In this document: one piece after another, positions 58,331 to 64,000 of the stretch
How positions within the stretch are numbered: position 1 is the stretch's first letter
Layout of the letters: each line of letters starts with the position of its first letter
The notes under the pieces: model-generated
Seen by the model: only the letters and a program-made list of their open reading frames with translations
What the model was told of the DNA's origin: nothing
The model's database searches: none
NCBI GenBank assembly: GCA_021813945.1
Contig: JAKAJD010000001.1
Location: forward strand, 137,744 to 201,743
Reading direction: 5' to 3'
Length of the DNA: 64,000 nucleotides
DNA from: a bacterium
Lineage (GTDB): Bacteria; Patescibacteriota; Microgenomatia; Curtissbacterales; GWA2-41-24
Position numbers and translations under genes: made by a program

Positions 58331-59377
58331 ATGCGAAAAACTTGGGATTGGCTTCTTTTTGTGCAAATTCTTGCTGTTGGCACAATTTCACTTCTTATCA
58401 TCTCTTCGATTTCAAAAAGCCTGGCGGTAAACCAGCTGATATTTTGGGTTTTAGGGCTAGTTATTTTTTACATTTTCACTCAATTTGACTATTTAAGCTG
58501 GAAAAATTTGGCAATTCCAATTTACGTCGGGTCATTAATCTTGCTTCTCGCACTCCTGGTTATGGGAACCCCTGTTCGGGGATCTGTGCGCTGGATAGAT
58601 GTTGGTTTTTTCCGCATCCAACCCTCAGAAATTGCCAAGGCCGCAAGTATAATTATTCTTTCGGCCTATTACAGTGTTAGGCCTGCATCTAACCTTAAAA
58701 ACCTTTTCGGGGGCTTGATCATTGTTGCCCCCGCTGCCGTTTTAGTTTTGATCCAGCCGGATATCGGCAATTCTTTAGCATTTTTGGGAATCTGGCTTGG
58801 AATCGCAACAGCTGCCGGTTTTAAGCTAAAGCACATGCTTTCCTTGGCTCTAATCGGGACTATTGCTATCTTTTTGCTTTTCGAACTTTTGGCACCGTAT
58901 CAAAAACAAAGAATAGAAAGTTTTCTAAACCCCGGCTCGGATCCTTTGGGTACAGGCTACAATATAATTCAGTCGAAAATCGCCGTCGGTTCCGGCGGCT
59001 TTTTAGGAAAAGGCTATAGTCGCGGTTCGCAGTCACAACTTAAGTTTTTACCGGAAGCAGAAAGCGATTTCATGTTCGCATCAATAGCCGAACAACTTGG
59101 GTTTCTGGGTGCCGGACTTTTAATCGCCGTCTTTTCCTGGATGATAATAAGGATTTTGGGGATCGCCAAAAACCGAGATAAATTTGCCCAGCTTCTAATA
59201 GTCGGCGTCGCTTCGTTTTTAATACTTCAGTTTTTGGTCAACGTCGGCATGAATATGGGGATTTTGCCTGTAACAGGAATTACTTTCCCAATGGTTTCCT
59301 ACGGAGGCTCCTCGCTTCTCACAACACTATTTCTTCTAGGGCTTGTCTTTTCCGTTTCCCAAAAAAGCACATACTAA
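58331..59377 (+). CDS. rodA: SEDS protein RodA
   Basis: QPSEIAK, QPDIG, YQKQRI, DPLGTGYNIIQSKIAVGSGG, FLPE..SDF, PVTGITFP. Confidence 0.92.
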   Translation: MRKTWDWLLFVQILAVGTISLLIISSISKSLAVNQLIFWVLGLVIFYIFTQFDYLSWKNLAIPIYVGSLILLLALLVMGTPVRGSVRWIDVGFFRIQPSEIAKAASIIILSAYYSVRPASNLKNLFGGLIIVAPAAVLVLIQPDIGNSLAFLGIWLGIATAAGFKLKHMLSLALIGTIAIFLLFELLAPYQKQRIESFLNPGSDPLGTGYNIIQSKIAVGSGGFLGKGYSRGSQSQLKFLPEAESDFMFASIAEQLGFLGAGLLIAVFSWMIIRILGIAKNRDKFAQLLIVGVASFLILQFLVNVGMNMGILPVTGITFPMVSYGGSSLLTTLFLLGLVFSVSQKSTY

Positions 59378-59398
59378 TTTGAACAAATTACATTAACG

Positions 59399-59531
59399 AA
59401 GGTCAGGCCTCGTCAGCAAAAAGGTCAGGCCTTGACCCATGCCGGTTCCAAGAAAAAGGCCTGACCTTGAATCGCAGCTCCAGTTAAGGGCAGGTCTTTG
59501 CCCATTAAAATCCGAACTAAGGCCTGCCCTT
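59399..59531. repeat. REP/BIME-like cluster of five 12-13-bp units
   Basis: AAGGKCAGGYCT(T) at 59399(+), 59421(+), 59456(-), 59486(+), 59519(-); units 2/3 and 4/5 form inverted pairs. Confidence 0.8.
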
Positions 59532-59584
59532 TTACCTATCGCCATTGACTATCCAAAGCCGCATCAAGTACAATTTCCACGGTT

Positions 59585-59899
59585 ATGGATACGTGGGCAG
59601 TTATTCGAACTGGCGGTAAACAACATAAAGTCGCAGTCGGTGAAATTCTTTCCGTGGAAAAAATTTCCGCGAAAGGGGAGACCGTCAGTTTTGACGAAGT
59701 TTTACTTGTCAGCTCATCTGGCAAACTTCAAATCGGCAAACCTTTAGTCGAAAAAGCCAAAGTCAAAGCCAAAATTCTTGGTGATTTCAAAGGTAAAAAG
59801 GTTAGGGTTGTGAAATTTAAATCAAAATCCCGCTATCTCAGGACAACCGGCCATAGACATCAAAAGACAAAGGTCAAAATCGAAAAAATCGAAAGCTAA
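59585..59899 (+). CDS. rplU: 50S ribosomal protein L21
   Basis: AVIRTGGKQHKV, IGKP.V, GHR..T.VKI. Confidence 0.96.
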   Translation: MDTWAVIRTGGKQHKVAVGEILSVEKISAKGETVSFDEVLLVSSSGKLQIGKPLVEKAKVKAKILGDFKGKKVRVVKFKSKSRYLRTTGHRHQKTKVKIEKIES

Positions 59900-59918
59900 T
59901 CCGCCTGCTCAATTCAAA

Positions 59919-60425
59919 ATGGTAGAAGCAGACCATCAAGACCAACGAAGACCAACTAAAAACGGGGTACCAATTGTCTATATCGACCGAGAAGGAGAAG
60001 GAGTGCGTATCAGTTCACCCGGGTTAGACTATGATTACACAATTCCAGGCCCATGTTTTAGCGAAAGATCAGTCAAAAATTCGATTGTTGCTATGGCTCC
60101 GGGCAGGGTAGTTTTTTATGACGAAATAGTAGATCCAAGACCCGCTGAAACACAAGATGGTCACTTGATTGTTTATTTACATATGAAACGAAATTCCGTT
60201 GAAGCAGATTGTCCTGGCCTCCCATATGTTATTGATCCAGATGGTTACCAAGGAGACTTCAAAGAAGATATTGGGAAAAAAATAAAACATGCAGCGGAAG
60301 ATATTCTTAAACAATCAAAAAGAAGGAAATATGCACAAGGAACTTTAGACCGGGCCAAAAAAATCGTAGCTTCAAATGGCGACTTACCTTTAGTTTTTGT
60401 CGAGAATTTCGATCTTGGCAGTTAA
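59919..60425 (+). CDS. orphan hypothetical protein between rplU and rpmA
   Basis: 168 aa; no Prp-type GHA / VCA motifs. Confidence 0.6.
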   Translation: MVEADHQDQRRPTKNGVPIVYIDREGEGVRISSPGLDYDYTIPGPCFSERSVKNSIVAMAPGRVVFYDEIVDPRPAETQDGHLIVYLHMKRNSVEADCPGLPYVIDPDGYQGDFKEDIGKKIKHAAEDILKQSKRRKYAQGTLDRAKKIVASNGDLPLVFVENFDLGS

Positions 60426-60529
60426 TCTGTATCAAACCATAACTTTCCGATCCATTGACAACTTGTGAAAATCTGGATACAATCAAATTCGACATCGATT
60501 TTCGAAATATGTAGTCGGTAGTCAGCAAA

Positions 60530-60781
60530 GTGGCACACAAAAAAGGCGGCGGAGCAACTAAAAAGAATAGGGATTCAGCAGGCAAGCGTTTAGGCGTGAA
60601 AATCTACGGCGGCCAAACCGCTAAACCCGGCAACATCATTGTGCGCCAACATGGAACACAATTCTATCCTGGAATCGGCACAATGCTCGGCCGTGATCAC
60701 ACAATTTTTGCAATAAGAGAAGGTCTTGTTAAATTCAGGCAGAAATTAGGTAAAAAATTGGTGGACATAGTATCAAATTAG
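60530..60781 (+). CDS. rpmA: 50S ribosomal protein L27
   Basis: AHKKGGG..KNRDS.GKRLGVK, GNIIVRQ.GT; own promoter TTGACA-N17-TACAAT at about 60455-60483. Confidence 0.97.
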   Translation: MAHKKGGGATKKNRDSAGKRLGVKIYGGQTAKPGNIIVRQHGTQFYPGIGTMLGRDHTIFAIREGLVKFRQKLGKKLVDIVSN

Positions 60782-60834
60782 TATCCCAAATATCCCTCGA
60801 TACTTCTGATACTCTTGATACATCTGATACTTTA
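60781..60834 (+). repeat. six tandem 9-bp units upstream of parB
   Basis: gtatcccaa atatccctc gatacttct gatactctt gatacatct gatacttta. Confidence 0.75.
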
Positions 60835-60839
60835 AAAAA

Positions 60840-61670
60840 ATGGAAGAGAGTCAAATTTTCGATATAGACATCGACATGTTGCAGCCGAACCCGCTGCAGC
60901 CCCGGGGCTTAATTACCCCTGATTCCCTAAACGAACTTATAGATTCCATCCGAGAACACGGTGTCGTAGAACCTTTGGTGGTCGCCAAAACCCCTGCCGG
61001 TTATCAGATTATTGCCGGCGAACGCAGGTGGCGCGCTTCCAAAATTGCTGGACTTGCTAAAGTTCCAGTCATCATCAAAGAAACCACTCCCCAAGGAATG
61101 CTGGAAATGGCTATAATCGAAAACGTCCAAAGAATAGATCTTAATCCGCTTGAAAGAGCCCAGGCTTTCAAAAGACTAATGGATGAATTTGGACTTTCAA
61201 CTGGTGAAATTGCAGTAAAAGTTGGCAAAAGCGCACCCTATGTTTCTAATACTCTCAGACTTTTAACAGTCCCCGATGTTTTAAAGGATGCGCTTGCATC
61301 TGGAGCAACCTCAGAAGGTCACGTTAGGGCCCTGGCATCTCTCGAAGATCCTCATTTGGTCGTTGAAGCTTACAAAGAAATTCTGGCCAAAAACCTTTCT
61401 GTTAGGGGTGCGGAAGAACTCGCTCGAAAGCTTAAGGCTCGCGAAAACATAAGCCCCAAACAGCAAAAACCGGCGCTTAGGCTTCAAAACGATGAGCTAG
61501 ATGCTTACGAGGAACACGTCTCTAAAAAACTGACAAACGAAAGTGTAAAAACTAAGGTCAAAATCAGTCAATCCAGAGTTGAGTCCAAAATGCACGTTGT
61601 CGTTCGAGGCAAAGTAGAAGACACTTCGCAAATTATCAAAAGAATTTGCGATTTAGTAATGAACTCTTGA
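60840..61670 (+). CDS. parB: ParB/Spo0J partition protein
   Basis: NPLQPR, IIAGERRWRA, IENVQR.DLNPLE.A, HTH VGKS..YVSN.LRLL, SEGH.RAL. Confidence 0.95.
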   Translation: MEESQIFDIDIDMLQPNPLQPRGLITPDSLNELIDSIREHGVVEPLVVAKTPAGYQIIAGERRWRASKIAGLAKVPVIIKETTPQGMLEMAIIENVQRIDLNPLERAQAFKRLMDEFGLSTGEIAVKVGKSAPYVSNTLRLLTVPDVLKDALASGATSEGHVRALASLEDPHLVVEAYKEILAKNLSVRGAEELARKLKARENISPKQQKPALRLQNDELDAYEEHVSKKLTNESVKTKVKISQSRVESKMHVVVRGKVEDTSQIIKRICDLVMNS

Positions 61671-62198
61671 AATAACCCTCATACCGTCCGAACTCTTTCC
61701 TCTAAAAATTGGCCAGTAAACAAAAAACACCCTTCCCTGAATTTTATCTTCTGTAATTGGACCGAATACTCTAGAATCTGAAGAAGATGGCCTATTATCA
61801 CCCATTACAAAATATTCATTGGGCCCGAGCGTTCTCTTTTCGTCCCCTGGCGACTCAACGTTTAAATAAGGCTCTTCAAGTTTTTTGCCGTTTATAAAAA
61901 TAGATCCGCTTGTAACGGAAATTTGTTCACCGGGAAGTCCAATAATCCTTTTTATAAAATCAATGTTGTGTCCGACCGGTGCTTCAAAAACAATTACATC
62001 ACCCCTTTGCGGTTTAGAAAAGCGGTAAGAAACCTTTTCTGTTAAAAGAAGTTCTCCATCAACAAAAGTCGGGAACATTGATTCACCTTTAACCCTGTGA
62101 GGCTGAATCAAAAAAATATAAACAATTAAAAATATTCCAAAAGAAACTAGAAGTGTTTGCGCGACTTCTTTTATTGTGGAGGCAAGACCTTCTTTCAT
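61653..62198 (-). CDS. lepB: signal peptidase I
   Basis: GESMFPT, RGDVIVF, FIKRIIGLPG, MGDNR..S.DSR; likely start ATG 62198. Confidence 0.95.
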   Translation of the reverse strand: MKEGLASTIKEVAQTLLVSFGIFLIVYIFLIQPHRVKGESMFPTFVDGELLLTEKVSYRFSKPQRGDVIVFEAPVGHNIDFIKRIIGLPGEQISVTSGSIFINGKKLEEPYLNVESPGDEKRTLGPNEYFVMGDNRPSSSDSRVFGPITEDKIQGRVFFVYWPIFRGKSSDGMRVISRVHY

Positions 62199-62281
62199 CG
62201 TATCTGTTAATTTTATGTTAAAATTGCCCCAATCGGAAAGAGGCAATCTGAGCATACAAAAAGGTTGTCAAGAAAACGTTT

Positions 62282-62355
62282 GGAGTTGTAGCTCAGCCGG
62301 TTAGAGCGTTCCGTTCACATCGGAAAGGTCACAGGTTCGAGTCCTGTCAACTCCA
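62282..62355 (+). tRNA. tRNA-Val(CAC), CCA not encoded
   Basis: Acceptor GGAGTTG/CAACTCC+A, D arm GCTC/GAGC, anticodon arm TTCCG-TTCACAT-CGGAA, T arm ACAGG-TTCGAGT-CCTGT. Confidence 0.95.
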
Positions 62356-62372
62356 CACTAAAATAATAAAAA

Positions 62373-63560
62373 ATGCTTGTAAATTTGCTTCTTTTAACAA
62401 CACTCGCAACACTTATTCCGGGCCAACTAATAAGAGTTTCTCTGGGTCAATCCGGCGCAATAAGCCTAACTGATATTTTTTTGTTTTTAACCATATTGGT
62501 TTTTCTTTTCAACTCCCTTTTTATAAAAAAGTCGATTAAAGTCCCCCCTCTTGTCACAAAACCTTTTGTACTATTCACTTTTGCAGCAGCTGCATCTTTG
62601 GTAATAGCTTTAAACAGGCTATCTCCCGGGCAAGTACTAGTGTCAGCTCTTTTTCTCGTTCGCTTTATTGCTTTTTTTTCAATAAGTTTAGTTGTTTACA
62701 ACTTTGTTCAGAAAAAATCACAAGAAAAGTGGATTAACGCACTTCTTACATTGGGAATAATTTTTGCATTTCTCGGTTTTTTGCAACTTATATTTTTTTC
62801 AAACCTTTCCCAACTCCAAATGTATGGGTGGGATCCCCATCAAATGCGGCTTGTATCAACAACCCTGGATCCAAATTTCACAGGTTCGATTTTAGCAATT
62901 CTTTCTGCAATATCACTCTCGTTTTACCTTTACAAAAGCAAGAAATTTTATTTAGTTAGTCTTGCTATTTTTACAGTGGCACTGATCCTCACTTTTTCCA
63001 GGAGTTCCTATTTGGCAATAGCAACAGTTATGGCAACAATCGGAATCATCAAGGCACCACGCGTTCTTGTGGCATCGATTGTGGTTTTTTTAATTTCTTT
63101 TGCTCTGGTTCCACAGGTCAGAAGCAGAATAATAGGCGCGCTAACAATAGACGAAACGGCCCAGGCCCGGTTGGAAAGCTGGCAGAATGCCCTAAAGGTT
63201 TTTAAGAATAACCCACTTGTCGGTGTTGGATTTAATACTTATCGCTATACTCAGGCAGAATATGGATTTTTTTCCTTTGACAACCCTGAAGGAGGCCATT
63301 CCGGCTCAGGATCCGACTCCAGTATCCTTTTAGTTGCGGCAACATCAGGAGCCATTGGCCTTTTTCTTTATCTCTACTTTTTGCTGGATATATTCAAGAT
63401 CTTAAAAGACAAGGTTACCAAAAACCCTCTTCACCTAGGCGCACTTGCCGCATTTCTAGGACTTTTGGTTGATTCCCAGTTTGTGAACTCCTTGTTTTTC
63501 CCCCAAGTAATGCTGGTTTTTTACTTTACGTTGGGATTAGTATTAAAAGGTGATATTTAA
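62373..63560 (+). CDS. O-antigen ligase/polymerase family protein (Wzy_C)
   Basis: R..STTLDPN, LTFSRSS, R..SW..A...F..NP..GVG; many TM helices. Confidence 0.85.
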   Translation: MLVNLLLLTTLATLIPGQLIRVSLGQSGAISLTDIFLFLTILVFLFNSLFIKKSIKVPPLVTKPFVLFTFAAAASLVIALNRLSPGQVLVSALFLVRFIAFFSISLVVYNFVQKKSQEKWINALLTLGIIFAFLGFLQLIFFSNLSQLQMYGWDPHQMRLVSTTLDPNFTGSILAILSAISLSFYLYKSKKFYLVSLAIFTVALILTFSRSSYLAIATVMATIGIIKAPRVLVASIVVFLISFALVPQVRSRIIGALTIDETAQARLESWQNALKVFKNNPLVGVGFNTYRYTQAEYGFFSFDNPEGGHSGSGSDSSILLVAATSGAIGLFLYLYFLLDIFKILKDKVTKNPLHLGALAAFLGLLVDSQFVNSLFFPQVMLVFYFTLGLVLKGDI

Positions 63561-64000
63561 AATATTTTTGGTTTGGCGGCTTGCTCTTTTTATAATAACC
63601 TACATAGGAAGCAAAATTCATCCGCTAGTGCAAAATGGCGGCATCGGAGCAGTAGCGCCAGGTAAGAGTTTTGATTTTTTTGCCTCATGGGCCCAGTGGG
63701 ATGGAGGCCATTTTTACAATATCGCCAAATACGGTTATTTCGCCCCTAACGAATTCGCTTTTTTCCCGATGTATCCAGGACTTATAAAGCTGGTAAGTTA
63801 TTTAACTCTCGGAAACACTCTTCTTGCTGGTTTTTTAATTTCCAATATCTCTTTTCTGGCGTTTCTCTACGTTTTTTATAATCTTGCTGCAAAAATCCAA
63901 AATAAAAACGTAGCTCTTGCTGCAACTCTTACCTTAATCTTTTTCCCGACTGCTTTTTTCACCGTCGCATTTTACTCGGAAAGTCTTTTTTTGTTAGCTG
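63550..64000 (+). CDS. PIG-V-like GT-C mannosyltransferase, N-terminal part (runs off the window)
   Basis: Not in the track. Manual translation from GTG 63550 gives WAQWDGGHFYNIAKYGY...AFFPMYP...FPTAFF...YSESLF. Confidence 0.85.
   Translation, partial: MIFKIFLVWRLALFIITYIGSKIHPLVQNGGIGAVAPGKSFDFFASWAQWDGGHFYNIAKYGYFAPNEFAFFPMYPGLIKLVSYLTLGNTLLAGFLISNISFLAFLYVFYNLAAKIQNKNVALAATLTLIFFPTAFFTVAFYSESLFLLA

Noticed and set aside
59439-59747. 102-aa ORF spanning the repeat cluster
   Set aside because: Made of repeat sequence and overlaps rplU out of frame.
59399-60834. CRISPR interpretation of the two repeat clusters
   Set aside because: Units too short, orientation mixed, no constant-length unique spacers, no cas genes.
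62196-62223. TTATGTTAAA resembling the XerD arm of dif
   Set aside because: No matching XerC arm at 6-bp spacing.
60425-62372. Replication origin near parB
   Set aside because: No DnaA-box cluster or dnaA seen.
1-64000. Alternative genetic code (TGA=Gly as in Gracilibacteria/SR1)
   Set aside because: Conserved genes such as glyQS, ftsQ and ftsW end at TGA at their expected C-termini, and no core gene has an internal TGA.

Overview
Bacterial chromosome segment in genetic code 11 (TGA is used as a stop). Gene content and style point to Patescibacteria/CPR, probably Microgenomates (inference): DUF4012 cluster, N-terminally short MurE/MurF, dimeric GlyRS, type-2 IleRS, several GT-C glycosyltransferases. 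The backbone holds a surface-glycan cluster (GT4, manC, phosphoglycosyl transferase, DUF4012), recO, glyQS, a lone purF, a large dcw cluster (mraZ to ftsZ, including murA, murB, murI and a GlmU-N/MurC fusion), an RND pump, a GT2-GT2 gene split by a T9 frameshift, ileS-rodA, rplU/rpmA, parB, lepB and tRNA-Val(CAC). About 15 orphan genes are scattered through it; most are stand-alone leaderless units encoding Arg-rich, Lys-poor proteins that often start M-x-E/D. Best leads: (1) a two-gene module after ftsZ in which both proteins share a homologous domain and the second adds a Ymh/HEPN Rx4H RNase domain, with an operator-like palindrome at the promoter; (2) an 873-bp promoter+gene unit bounded by an exact 17-bp direct repeat; (3) the orphan class as a possible effector repertoire; (4) REP-like inverted-repeat clusters. 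I saw no CRISPR array, rRNA, integrase or transposase. All family calls come from motif recognition by eye, not from database searches.
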